The notes: generated from the sequence alone by a model not told the origin. Positions 36,932 through 51,239 are shown, counted from the stretch's first letter. The stretch is 64,000 nucleotides of DNA from Haliotis rufescens (GCF_023055435.1 NW_025963791.1:21638001-21702000); one strand, 5' to 3'. A program made the numbers and translations.

Positions 36932-39834
36932 TCTTACATTAGAACCAGACTGTAGCTCACCCTCCGAAAGAGAGAGACCATCATATTCAACATAATTATC
37001 TCGTAACATGACAATATCATATTCATAAACACAAAGTATACCATCCCCATTTGTACACCTTAATAGAGGAAGAGACCCGTAATAGAATTTGAACATACAC
37101 GACATTGTGTGAGCTCAGCTAAACAGTGAAACATATTTGTGCTTTCGTAATTGTACCAAATATGGGCTTTTCAACACAGCTGTATTTGCTAGGAAACCTT
37201 GCCACATGGTCGTACTCAATGGAGTATTGAAACATTCCGTAGAACTGCAGGAGTACCCTGAGTGAACTGCTGAGCGACAATACGACGAACACACTACCAA
37301 TGTAAATTATAGTGTTTGGTGACCTTTCTACAATAACTACATTCCTATGGACGTTTACCCCAGCCTGTATTCAATAAAATTATTATGCATTTATGACAAT
37401 AACGTTTTTTTTCATATTGGAAGGATGATATAGTCACGAGTACATGTGAAGCCGTTTATATTTGTACGAGCTTGAAATTGACATTATTGAGATTATTGTT
37501 AGCGTATTAAAAGACGGGAACACCTGAGCTAAATTTGATTAGAACATTGGTACACACACCTACATTAAACACATCATTTAAGAAGTTGTATTAAAGACTG
37601 GAAAAACGTGATGGCAATACAGCGATGGGTAAGCCTATGCATTCTCCAATCGGATTGGTGTTCGGCAAGGAAGTTCTTTCTATCCGTGTTTTTTATTAAT
37701 AAACTTGTACAAATTTCATGACTATTTCATTTTTCGGATTGAAGTAATTGTGAAAAGTCATCACAATTTGAAGAAGGACTTCCTGTTTAATCCACTTCAT
37801 CAAAAGGCTCTTGCCAACACGCGTTATACTGTAATAGTTTATTTGAATGTTGTCAAGTCAAAGGTCTATAATGGTTGTTTTGTATATTGTGTAATAATTT
37901 CATTTCCGCTTCAAATATTGTAGTTAATCTTGGGCGTTTAATGTGAATTATGTGTACATTAAGAAATAACATATCCTTCGAATATTATTTCATCTAATAA
38001 AAAATACTATGATTATAACCTATTCGCAAAGTTTAATATCAGTAGGGGTCTTCATTTGAGCCATCAAAGAGTTTGTAGTACATTTAACTTACCGTCCACA
38101 AAAACATATCGAGCTGCCTTCTTTCGCTTGATGTGTTTGACAAAATACTAGTCCTTTGTCCTTCGTTTGAAAAATATGAATGTGTTAGCAGGATATGGGT
38201 TATTAAAACATGCTACAACGTATTGAGTCATCAAGTATGACACCCTTGAGATGTTAACCGATTAAACATGTGGATTTCCAGTTACACTTGCTCCAAGAGA
38301 AGGGGCTTAATAGGTGCCCTTTGACATGGACTACTGTTCGGTTTAATTTTATTATCAGTGATAATTGCGCCTCTATATGTAAATATAAGTAATCTTGTAG
38401 GCGTCCATCTATTCTGTACAAGTTGTCATCCGCTTTCTACGAACTCTGAAACATAATCAGATCTGTAAATCAAACGACCTCTGTGTTGGCTGTAACCTCA
38501 CGCTGGGCAATACTATATAATCACTCTTTAAACAGTTCAGAAAGTTCGGTTTTCTCCTGAATGAATTGATGAATATCGTGATAAAAACTTGGTTATAGGA
38601 AACTGCAAGAAACAACAATGGCCTTTTTTGTTCGTACTCCATATTCTAACAAAACATCTTATTATATATTATGTATGTTAGTACTATTAAAGCAGGTTCT
38701 CAATCCACCCCCCTCTCTCTCTCTGTAACCTGAATAATAGTTAAATCTTTGTTTTTGTCGGCTGCAAGTTAAATTTAACTTTAAAAAAAAGTTAATATGC
38801 TTCATGTATTTTGCTAAGCTGTGGCGTGACGAGTGACGATAATACATAAAGGTGTAGGCCATCGACAAACGTATTTTACCATGATATCTTCATCTTAAGT
38901 TCACTGGCACCAAGGGTAAATAAACCCTTCTCTCCGGTTAAAATTGATCCCCAGTAACCTATGCCGATAGTTGCTTATAGGATCGGGTGGTCACACTCGG
39001 TTACTTGGCTGATTGCGGGACATCGGAGCTCGACGACGTGTAGATCGTTGCTTACAATATCAGTCACTGGGTCGATTATTTTCAGGCAGCAGTCATATAG
39101 CTGGAGTATTGCCGTGNNNNNNNNNNNNNNNNNNNNNNNNNNNNNNNNNNNNNNNNNNNNNNNNNNNNNNNNNNNNNNNNNNNNNNNNNNNNNNNNNNNN
39201 NNNNNNNNNNNNNNNNNNNNNNNNNNNNNNNNNNNNNNNNNNNNNNNNNNNNNNNNNNNNNNNNNNNNNNNNNNNNNNNNNNNNNNNNNNNNNNNNNNNN
39301 NNNNNNNNNNNNNNNNNNNNNNNNNNNNNNNNNNNNNNNNNNNNNNNNNNNNNNNNNNNNNNNNNNNNNNNNNNNNNNNNNNNNNNNNNNNNNNNNNNNN
39401 NNNNNNNNNNNNNNNNNNNNNNNNNNNNNNNNNNNNNNNNNNNNNNNNNNNNNNNNNNNNNNNNNNNNNNNNNNNNNNNNNNNNNNNNNNNNNNNNNNNN
39501 NNNNNNNNNNNNNNNNNNNNNNNNNNNNNNNNNNNNNNNNNNNNNNNNNNNNNNNNNNNNNNNNNNNNNNNNNNNNNNNNNNNNNNNNNNNNNNNNNNNN
39601 NNNNNNNNNNNNNNNNNNNNNNNNNNNNNNNNNNNNNNNNNNNNNNNNNNNNNNNNNNNNNNNNNNNNNNNNNNNNNNNNNNNNNNNNNNNNNNNNNNNN
39701 NNNNNNNNNNNNNNNNNNNNNNNNNNNNNNNNNNNNNNNNNNNNNNNNNNNNNNNNNNNNNNNNNNNNNNNCACACACCCTACCCAACACCAAAACAAAC
39801 TCAAAAGCAAGGGATAGGAGCTAAGAATGGAGAG

Positions 39835-40340
39835 ACGACGGGTTGAGGGGGTGGGGGGTGGGTGGGGGGTGAGTAGGGCTGGAAGGTGAGGGGTGGGGTG
39901 GAGGATCGAGGGGTTGAGGGTTGGAGGTGGGGAGTGGAGGGGTGGAGGGCGACGGGTAGGGCTGAAAGGTGAGGGTTGGGGTGGAGGATCGAGGGGTTGA
40001 GGGTTGGAGGTAGTCTGTCATAATCTGTCTCTTTATTATATTTGTTTTCATTCTGTAAGCTATGTTCAATCCATAGACTAGATGTTAGTCTAGGTTGGAT
40101 TTGAGGGAGGGGTCGGAGGATCGAGGGTTGAGGGTTGGAGGTGGGGATTTAGGGGTGGAGACCTGCAGGTAGTGCTTGAAGGGCGAGGGGTGGGGTGGAG
40201 GATCGAGGGTTGAGGGTTGGAGGTGGGGATTTAGGGGTGGAGGCCTGCGGGTAGTGCTTGAAGGGCGAGGGGTGGGGTGGGGGATCGAGAGATGGAGGGT
40301 TGGAGGCGGGGATTTAGGGGTCTAGGCCCACGGGTCGGGC
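39835..40340. repeat. G-rich tandem repeat, ~82-bp units
   Basis: gatcg anchors at about 39904, 39987, 40119, 40201 and 40283; GAGGGTTG/GGGGTG tracts. Confidence 0.8.
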
Positions 40341-41913
40341 CTGAATCGCGAGGGGAGGAAGGGGTATGCGCATTAAGCATAAGGTAAGAACTGTGGAGAA
40401 CAATTTACGGGCGGGGAGAATAGTTGAAGGTTGAACATGGCGTGAAAGAAATAACGTGCAGAAACGATGCATGAAAATATGACTAGGAGCGTAGGAGTTA
40501 TTGTATACATATGTAGTGACAATAGACGGAGTTATTCTCTGCTGATGGTTGATAGTTAGGCGTTGATACCACACGCTTCGTGTTACATTTATTGCAGACA
40601 GTTTCACCTATTAAGCATTCGTAAACAAAAACATTTCATCTGACGAGCTGAGCTGAGTGAGGGCGTGCAGCCTGGTGTTAAATATAGCCATTTAGTTGGG
40701 AGACCACACATAAGTAGTAGACATAGAACGATGTATGGAGGGACGAATCAAACATTGCATCCTGACGGAGGTCGGGATTGGCAATATCCGTCCCCAACTA
40801 TCCATGTCTTATCAGCTGTGAGAGCCGACCGGGTATCAGGACCCGACCCTCCCTCAGTCACCACCCCCATACTGATCCCCCGATATCCCCGCTCTGTCGC
40901 CGCCACACTGCTTTCTCTCGATCCTTGGGTCGGGCAATCACTCTAATCTGCCATCACGGGCCCTAGGGTTAGGGGCAGTGTGACGTCACATCACGTGGAA
41001 CATGCGTCCGGCGCCGCTTGGGGTGGGGTCCCTCCGACATCGCGGAATCGGTTACTTACTTGCATGCAAAAAATTAAATTGGAGGAAAAGTTTTAAAACA
41101 TACGAGCTAATTTCCACTTTCAGGATAAACAACTCTGACACTAAGCTATTGAAAAGAATCCGATTTTATCGTTGCCATATTTCTTAACATTTCATGAAAT
41201 TACTACAAAGCTCTTGGCTGGTGGCGCATGATAACAACAGCGACGTAGAGCTTAACTCGCTCAGACCATTATGCCAAGGCGCAGTCAATGCACGGGAATT
41301 TATTTTTGTTTTAATGATCTTATTTCGGTGAGAAAGCGATACATTTTGCTCTTATTCAGTGACCGGTATCACTCACGTTGACGCCAAACTTCAGAACTTC
41401 ATCTCAACACCGTGTCTCGCACAGCGGGAATCTCCCAGTGCGGGCGTCGGAACCGAGGGAAGTTAAACTGTGGAATGCCGCAAATATAAAATATTCACGC
41501 TCTCCACCACGGTACCAGCTAAATACACGAGGGGCGGTTATTCCACTCGCCCATTCCGTACTGAATGCATCTTGTCTTCACTAGCTGAAATAATCATTTT
41601 GCGTTGAAATGTTATTTACTGATTTTATTAAATATTCAAGTATGTAATTATATATTTAATTTTGTGAGAGGGTGAATGAGTTAGTTTTATGTTAACTATG
41701 ATTATATGTGCACGGCTTTGAACAAATATGTGTTAATCCGAGCGATTTCACTTAGAAGGGTTCAGCCCGGATTATCAGGGTTTTGCTGAAGACAAATTTG
41801 CTGTCACCAGTTCTAATCCGCCCTAAGTGCCACTTGAAATTATGTTTCGCCTGAATATTTGCTATCTCTCGTAGGCACCTGTTTTATTCTTACCACACCA
41901 TGGCGGGAACACC

Positions 41914-42085
41914 AGAGTGAGTGAGTGAGTTTGGTATTTTACGCTGCTTTTAGCAATATTTTTGCAACATCTCGACGGGGAACACAGGAAATGGGCTTCA
42001 CACATTGTACCCATGTTGGGAATCGAACCCAGGTCTTTGGCCTGTTGAGCTATCGCTTTAACCACTGTAGGCTATCCCACCCCTC
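41914..42085 (-). mobile_element. SINE family A
   Basis: (GAGT)n tail, ggaatcgaaccc B box. Confidence 0.82.
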
Positions 42086-42163
42086 CGTATTGAGTTGAAC
42101 ATTCTGTCAACCGTTTGTATGTCGTTACTGTGTAGTAGTAAGAGAGTGATTGTTAGCAGTAAG

Positions 42164-42478
42164 GTGAGGTGAGGTGAAATTGGATTTAACGTCGCGTCCA
42201 AGATTATTGCACTTATAAAGCGACGTGCATGCTGTGTGGCTGCTTGTACTAGTCCGGATTGATGCCGATTTATAGTGCTAGTTCACTGAGATACCATGCT
42301 GCAGATTAACATGAATACCCAACTCAGACACAGTACACTGACTCCGAGCCGACCAGTCCTTGTTTTAGCCCCTTAATGCCGAGCCCCAGACAGGGTAACA
42401 ACAAGTACCATCTTTTGGTATGACGCGGCCGGGGATCGAACCCCGGACCTTCCGCTCCCCGGGGGGACGCCCTACCAG
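42164..42478 (-). mobile_element. SINE family B
   Basis: 12-bp TSD gttagcagtaag at 42152-42163 and 42479-42490. Confidence 0.9.
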
Positions 42479-42906
42479 GTTAGCAGTAAGAGTATATCAG
42501 TTAATAACTAATATAAATTTACTATTATAAAATGAACCTTTTTTCTTCTCCTTCACGATCGTTCCTTCTCACACATTGAGATGTCAAGTCCAAACCATCC
42601 CCTTTATAGGCCTTCGACCTTTGCGAATAGGCATGACATGTTTCGTCGTTGACAAGCAGAGAGGAATACAAATGAAGGATATAGCCCGAGGTTTAAACTG
42701 CAATTTTTTATTTGGCATGTGAGTGAAATATTTCAGAACTACTACTTCGATAAATTAAACTAACACGTGCAATGTGTCATTCGGCCCATAGGCGTCATCA
42801 AAGCTCAGCTGAAAACTCTTTAAGTGTGTACAAGAGATATTTCAATAACACGCGTACCGTTATGTGTTTGTACGCGTGTGACAGTACCATTATATATGTG
42901 TTCTTT

Positions 42907-45270
42907 ACGTACCATGTACTATCATACGTATGTGTTGTATACGTACCATGTATCATCATATGTATGTGTTGTACACGTACCATGTATCATCATATGTATG
43001 TGTTGTACACGTACCATGTATCATCATATGTATGTGTTGTACACGTACCATGTATCATCATATGTATGTGTTGTACACGTATCATCAAATGTATGTGTTG
43101 TACACGTTCCATGTATCATCATATGTGTGTGTTGTACACGTACCATGTATCATCATATGTATGTGTTGTACACGTACCATGTATCATCATATGTATGTGT
43201 TGTACACGTACCATGTATCATCATATGTATGTGTTGTACACGTACCATGTATCATCATATGTATGTGTTGTACACGTATCATCAAATGTATGTGTTGTAC
43301 ACGTTCCATGTATCATCATATGTGTGTGTTGTACACGTATCATCAAATGTATGTGTTGTACACGTACTATGTATCATCATATGTATGTGTTGTACACGTA
43401 TCATCAAATGTATGTGTTGTACACGTACTATGTATCATCATATGTATGTGTTGTACACGTACCATGTATCATCATATGTATGTGTTGTACACGTACCATG
43501 TATCATCATATGTATGTTTTGTACACGTATCATCAAATGTATGTGTTGTACACGTTCCATGTATCATCATATGTATGTGTTGTACACGTACCATGTATCA
43601 TCATATGTATGTGTTGTAAACGTACCATGTATCATCATATGTATGTTGTACACGTACCATGTATCATCATATGTATGTGCTGTACACGTACCATGTATCA
43701 TCATATGTATGTGTTGTACACGTTCCATGTATCATCATATGTATGTTGTACACGCACCATGTATCATCATATGTATGTGTTGTACACGTACCATGTATCA
43801 TCATATGTATGTGCTGTACACGTATCATGTGTCATCATATGTATGTGTTGTACACGTATCATCAAATGTATGTGTTGTACACGTACCATGTATCATCATA
43901 TGTATGTGTTGTACACGTTCCATGTATCATCATATGTATGTTGTACACGCACCATGTATCATCATATGTATATGTTGTACACGTACCATGTATCATCATA
44001 TGTATGTGTTGTACACGTACCATGTATCATCATATGTATGTGTTGTACACGTACCATGTATCATCATATGTATGCGTTGTACACGTTCCATGTATCATCA
44101 TATGCATCTGTTGTATACGTACCATGTATCATCATATGTATGTGTTGTACACGTTCCATGTATCATCATATGTATGTGTTGTACACGTACCATGTATCAT
44201 CATATGTATGTTTTGTACACGTACCATGTATCATCATATGTATATGTTGTACACGTACCATGTATCATCATATGTATGTGTTGTACACGTTCCATGTATC
44301 ATCATATGTATGTGTTGTACACGTACCATGTATCATCATATGTATGTGTTGTGAACGTACCATGTATCATCATATGTATGTGTTGTACACGTACCATGTA
44401 TCATCATATGTATGTGTTGTACACGTACCATGTATCATCATATGTATGTGTTGTAAACGTACCATGTATCATCATATGTATGTGTTGTACACGTTCCATG
44501 TATCATCATATGTATGTTGTACACGCACCATGTATCATCATATGTATATGTTGTACACGTACCATGTATCATCATATGTATGTGTTGTACACGTACCATG
44601 TATCATCATATGTATGTGTTGTACACGTACCATGTATCATCATATGTATGTGTTGTACACGTTCCATGTATCATCATATGCATCTGTTGTATACGTACCA
44701 TGTATCATCATATGTATGTGTTGTACACGTTCCATGTATCATCATATGTATGTGTTGTACACGTACCATGTATCATCATATGTATGTGTTGTACACGTAC
44801 CATGTATCATCATATGTATATGTTGTACACGTACCATGTATCATCATATGTATGTGTTGTACACGTTCCATGTATCATCATATGTATGTGTTGTACACGT
44901 ACCATGTATCATCATATGTATGTGTTGTAAACGTACCATGTATCATCATATGTATGTGTTGTACACGTTCCATGTATCATCATATGTATGTGTTGTACAC
45001 GTACCATGTTTCATCATATGTATGTGTTGTACACGTACCATGTATCATCATATGTATGTGTTGTACACGTACCATTCATCATCATATCTATGTGTTGTAC
45101 ACGTTCCATGTATCATCATATGTATGTGTTGTACACGTACCATTCATCATCATATGTATGTGTTGTACACGTACCATGTATCATCATATGTATGTGTTGT
45201 ACATGTACCATGCATCATCATATGTATGTGTTGTACACCCACTATGCATCATCATATGTATGTATTGTAC
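42907..45270. repeat. 34-bp minisatellite array, about 70 units (26- and 32-bp deletion variants)
   Basis: Unit tgtacacgtaccatgtatcatcatatgtatgtgt. Confidence 0.97.
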
Positions 45271-48260
45271 ACATCACGGTGTGTTTCTCAACATACATCA
45301 CGGTGTGTGTCTCTACATACATCACAGTGTGTTTCTCAACATACATCACAGTGTGTGTCTCAACATACATCACGGTGTGTTTCTCTACATACATCACGGT
45401 GTGTGTCTCTGCATACATCACGGTGTGTTTCTCTACATACATCACGGTGTGTGTCTCAACATACATCACGGTGTGTGTCTCTACATACATCACGGTGTGT
45501 GTCTCTACATACATCAAGGTGTGTGTTTCTACATACATCACGGTGTGTGTCTCTACATACATCACAGTGTGTATCTCTACATACATCACAGTGTGTGTCT
45601 ATATACATCTCAGTGTGTGTCTCAGCATACATCATGGTGTGTGTTTCTCAACATACATCACGGTGTGTGTCTCTACATACATCACAGTGTGTATCTCTAC
45701 ATACATCACAGTGTGTGTCTATATACATCTCAGTGTGTGTCTCAGCATACATCATGGTGTGTGTTTCTCTACATACATCATGGTGTGTGTCTCTACATAC
45801 ATCACGGTGTGTGTTTCTACATACATCACGGTGTGTGTCTCTACATACATCACAGTGTGTATCTCTACATACATCACAGTGTGTGTCTCTACATACATCA
45901 CAGTGTGTATCTCTACATACATCACGGTGTGTGTCTCTACATACATCACAGTGTGTATCTCTACATACATCACAGTGTGTGTCTCTACATACATCACGGT
46001 GTGTGTCCCTACATACATCACAGTGTGTATCTCTACATACATCACAGTGTGTGTCTCTACATACATCATGGTGTGTGTCTCTACATACATCATGGTGTGT
46101 GTTTCTCAACATACATCACGGTGTGTGTCTCTACATACATCATGGTGTGTGTCTCTACATACATCACGGTGTGTGTTTCTACATACATCACGGTGTGTGT
46201 CTCTACATACATCACAGTGTGTATCTCTGCATACATCACAGTGTGTGTCTCTACATACATCAGGTGTGTGTCTCTACATACATCACAGTGTGTGTCTCTA
46301 CATATATCACAGTGTGTGTCTCTACATATATCACAGTGTGTTTCTCTACATACATCACAATGTGTGTCTCAATATACATCACAGTGTGTTTCTCTACATA
46401 CATCACAATGTGTGTCTCAATATACATCACAGTGTGTGTCTCTACATACATCAGGTGTGTGTCTCTACATACATCACAGTGTGTGTCTCTACATACATCT
46501 CAGTGTGTGTCTCTACATACATCACAGTGTGTTTCTCTACATACATCACAGTGTGTGTCTCTACATACATCACCCTGTGTGTCTCTACATACATCACAGT
46601 GTGTTTCTCTACATACATCACGGTGTGTGTCTCAATATACATCACGGTGTGTGTCTCTACATACATCACAGTGTGTTTCTCTACATACATCACAGTGTAT
46701 GTCTCTACATACATCGCAGTGTGTATCTCTACATACATCACAGTGTGTATCTCTACATACACCACAGTGTGTATCTCTACATACATCACGGTGTGTTTCT
46801 CTACATACATCACAGTGTGTGTCTCTACATACATCACAGTGTGTTTCTCTACATACATCACAGTGTGTGTCTCTACATACATCACCCTGTGTGTCTCTAC
46901 ATACATCACAGTGTGTTTCTCTACATACATCACGGTGTGTGTCTCAATATACATCACGGTGTGTGTCTCTACATACATCACAGTGTGTTTCTCTACATAC
47001 ATCACAGTGTGTGTCTCTACATACATCACCCTGTGTGTCTCTACATACATCACAGTGTGTTTCTCTACATACATCACGGTGTGTGTCTCAATATACATCA
47101 CGGTGTGTGTCTCAATACACATCACGGTGTGTGTCTCTACATACATCACAGTGTATGTCTCTACATACATCGCAGTGTGTATCTCTACATACATCACAGT
47201 GTGTATCTCTACATACATCACAGTGTGTTTCTCTACATACATCACAGTGTGTATCTCTACATACATCATGGTGTGTATCTCTACATACATCACAGTGTGT
47301 GTCTCTACATACATCACAGTGTGTTTCTCTACATACATCACAGTGTGTGTCTCTACATACATCACAGTGTATGTCTCTACATACATCGCAGTGTGTATCT
47401 CTACATACATCACAGTGTGTATCTCTACATACATCACAGTGTGTTTCTCTACATACATCACAGTGTGTGTCTCTACATACATCACAGTGTGTTTCTCTAC
47501 ATACATCACAGTGTGTTTCTCTACATACATCACAGTGTGTATCTCTACATACATCACAGTGTGTTTCTCTACATACATCACAGTGTGTTTCTCTACATAC
47601 ATCACAGTGTGTGTCTCTACATACATCACAGTGTGTGTCTCTACATACATCACAGTGTATGTCTCTACATACATCGCAGTGTGTTTCTCTACATACATCA
47701 CAGTGTGTATCTCTACATACATCACAGTGTGTATCTCTACATACATCACAGTGTGTATCTCTACATACATCACAGTGTGTTTCTCTACATACATCACAGT
47801 GTGTGTCTCTACATACATCACAGTGTGTGTCTCTACATACATCACGGTGTGTATCTCTACATACATCACAGTATGTGTCTATATACATCTCAGTGTGTGT
47901 CTCAGCATACATCATGGTGTGTGTTTCTCTACATACATCAAAGTGTGTGTCTCTACATACATCATGGTGTGTGCCTCTACATACATCACAGTGTGTGTCT
48001 CAACATACATCACAGTGTGTGTCTCTACATACATCACAGTGTGTATCTCTACATACATCACAGTGTGTATCTCTAGATACATCACAGTTTGTGTCTCCAC
48101 ATACATCACGGTGTGTGTCTCAACATACATCAGAGTGTGTGTCTACATACATCACTGTTTATGTCTCAACATATATCACAGAGTGAGTCTCCACATACAT
48201 CACAGTGTGTGCCTCTTAATACATCACGGTGTGTATCTCTATATACATCACAGTGTGTTT
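45269..48260. repeat. 24-bp minisatellite array, about 125 units
   Basis: Unit ctctacatacatcacagtgtgtgt. Confidence 0.97.
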
Positions 48261-48278
48261 CTAAATGTTTTTCAACAA

Positions 48279-48385
48279 AGTGGTAAGACCTGCATCACTC
48301 CGGGTTTTCCTCCCACATTAAGTTAACACGATATAACTGAAATACTTTGCAAGGCGAAGTTAAACCCAACTGATCACTCACTCAG
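48279..48385 (+). mobile_element. SINE family C, 3' fragment
   Basis: agacctgcatcactccgggttttcctcccacattaag...aaacccaact. Confidence 0.7.
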
Positions 48386-49111
48386 CCACGCATCCACTGG
48401 TTCACCCACTCACTAACTAACTCTTCACTATGACAAATTGACTGTAAAACTTAAACACATAAACCTCCACTCACGAAATGTCGGATGCCTTCAGTATTAT
48501 TTATAAAATTTTAAATTTGATGAATAATATGAAACATTTGTTGTGATTTATTCGAAAAAAACTCTACAGCAGAGTGATAAATTTGAAAACTGGAATTTCT
48601 AAACATACAGAAAGATGGATTTATTGTTGAATTTAAAGTCTGCTTATGAAATATATATGGAAGCAAGCGTGCATCATATTTGCATCACAAATAATGAAGA
48701 TTTCAGGAACGTCAAAACTGATGTAGTTTCTTGTATGTTACATGGGTACAGCACAAGGAGAAAATTGCATCTTCCACACGACGTGTGAAAGTTATAACTT
48801 TTATAACCCTTCAGATACAAATAAAGTTCAAGAAAGTAACTTAGAGAAATGAATATGAAAAGAAACAGTTAACACGTTTATGAATATAAATAAATATTAA
48901 AAAGGGTTTTATTGCAGACACTCAAATGCATTTTCAACCGTCCCGTCAGGCAGAATGAACATGTGTCTATTAAATTACTCTGAACAAAATAACTAAAGAC
49001 ACGCACTTGAAATAATGTGCAGCTCATTTGTAGAGCAACCCCACGAACGCGGGTATAGTTCTGACAACCAAGAAACATAATAGGGGCAAATGGGGAATTC
49101 GAACTCAATTC

Positions 49112-49392
49112 GGGGGCACGGGTGGCCCAGTCGTCTAAAGCGCCGCGATTCGCTGTGCATAGTTGCATCCCTTGGACACGCCAGAAACCTATGATTGTGG
49201 GTTCGAATCCCGGTTCGCCCCGATTATGTTTCTAGGTTTATCAGCACCATACCCGTGCTCGTGGGTTTCACCGAAGTGGTAAACTTCTGAGACCTGCATC
49301 ACTTCGGGCTTTCCTCCCACATTAAGCTGACCCGCCGTGATATAACTGGAATACTGTTAAAAGCGGCGTTAAACCCAACTCACTCACTCACA
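49112..49392 (+). mobile_element. SINE family C, full length
   Basis: 12-bp TSD cgaactcaattc at 49100-49111 and 49393-49404; A box tggcccagtcgtctaa, B box ggttcgaatccc; (ACTC)n tail. Confidence 0.92.
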
Positions 49393-49986
49393 CGAACTCA
49401 ATTCCGTTTTCTTGCAAACCTAAGAGAAGTAACTCTCCACTGCGAATTGCGGCGACTGGTACACCCATGTTCCATATATAGCCCATGCGAGTTTATAATG
49501 TTTTGCAAGTCTAGATCACTGCAGTATCGGGAAATGAAGAAAGTCTCTGGGCTCCTTTTTATTATATTTTATAACTATAACAACTGTTTTATCTGTAAAA
49601 TATGTTCATTTAAGAGACTAGATGTTAGTCTATCTCACAGCCTAAACACTACGTAAACACAACATCCCTATAATCTAAGCATGTTTAGAATTAAAACACG
49701 TTTAAACATTTTTAGAATGTGTATACATGTTTAAATAAAGTGCATATCACTAGGCAAAAAGTCAAATATGGATAAGATGTATATAAAATATATATTGAAA
49801 TTAGATGTGCTTTTGCGAAACACATATACCACGGACAATTGACACCTGTGACGACAACAGTCCCCGTAGCACAGGTGGTAGCGTGAAGAACTACAAAGCA
49901 AGAGATTGCAGGTTCGGGGTGGGTGTGGGGGGTGTATACGGGTGTTTCCCACATTTAGACCCTAAACACGTTTAGCTTTTAAGTTA

Positions 49987-50011
49987 ACACACACAACACA
50001 CACAACACGCA

Positions 50012-50043
<32 letters not shown>

Positions 50044-50115
50044 ACTCACACACACACACACACGTCGCTACATAAGTGCAGTATTCTTAAACGTTACGGT
50101 AAACCTCACCTCGCC
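49987..50115 (+). repeat. (CA)n/(GCAC)n microsatellite plus SINE B tail remnant
   Basis: cacgtcgctacataagtgcagtattctt matches the family B 3' end. Confidence 0.7.
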
Positions 50116-50539
50116 TGTTTGTTCTTCATCCAACAATCCAATGTCAAAACTCTCTCCGGGGATTAATGGGATTAAAAATGCAATATTTATCACAATAGTG
50201 TACGTAATATCTTCAAGTTAAAGGAAGTTATAGTTTTATCCTAATACCGTGGAGGGCAAAGCTATGAAAGTTACTGTAGATAGATCGTTTGTTTCCAATT
50301 AATATTCAAATTAGTATTCATTTGTTTAAACATATCCATTGTCCATAGAACAAAAGAGCCTTGATGAAAAGGACACCGTCTTCAAGTGACAGATTCTGTT
50401 CAGTAACCTCGGTAGTATTCTCGCAAAACTTTGTTAGAGCAAACAACGAATTCTTACCTGCTTATTCTTCTTAAGACTATATATATAATTAATTCTGTCT
50501 CTGATTTTTGCGATATCTACAGTCCCTTAACAAGTCACT

Positions 50540-50762
50540 AGAGATCCGGGGTAGAATAGGTCTTCAGCAACCCATGCTTGCCGTAAAAGGCGACTATGCT
50601 TGTCTTAAGAGGCGACTAACGGGATCGGGTGGTCAGGCTCGCTGACTTGGTTGATGCATGCTCATGATGTCAATCACTGGATTGTGTTGTCCAGACGCGG
50701 TTATTTACAGACCGCCGTCATATAGTTGTAACATTGCTGAGTGCGGCGTTAAACAACAAACA
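50540..50762 (+). mobile_element. retroposon family D, near full length with an internal deletion
   Basis: agatccggggtagaataggtcttcagcaacccatgcttgccgtaaaaggcgactatgcttgtcttaagaggcgactaac... Confidence 0.88.
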
Positions 50763-50894
50763 GACATATAACAAGACACCGGGTGCCTTAAATTGATGTT
50801 TGTAATATAGTACTTTCCCCTAATAGCTGGCTGACCTGTGTCCATATCAACAAGACACGGAACGTGTTCTGAATAAAACTTTATCCTTAAAATA

Positions 50895-51126
50895 CACTGC
50901 CGGGCAAAATGAAGTATACATCCATATTTGTAGTGGCTAAAAATGAAACAAACAAGATAATGTTTTTCGATGGTGATGTATTTGATACGGGTGTAATAGT
51001 TGTGCTTTGGACCTAAATTCTTCAGTATATCGGCGACTGTTTTCAGCTTAGTAACGTTTTGATAACATCTATAATTTTCGGGTCAAATTCAATCTTCAAG
51101 TGTATACGGTTTTCTGGCCGGCAGTT
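50895..51126. mobile_element. Tc1/mariner-like MITE, copy 1
   Basis: TA|cactgccgggcaaaatgaagtatac ... gtatacggttttctggccggcagtt; inverted homolog of 52249-52482. Confidence 0.7.
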
Positions 51127-51239
51127 TGTTATTGACAAGCCGTCCGTTATTGCACTAGTAGCTTTTTGCGTGGTATTGGTTGTCATGGGAACAGGCGGCC
51201 TATGACGTGTTCTTGGGTTTGGAAAGCGGTTAGGGACCA

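Noticed and set aside
38961-39846. ORFs of 227-287 aa
   Set aside because: They consist almost entirely of N-gap X residues.
42772-48326. Cys/His-rich ORFs of 1100-1800 aa
   Set aside because: All three frames are open because the repeat units lack stop triplets; the same peptides cycle between frames.
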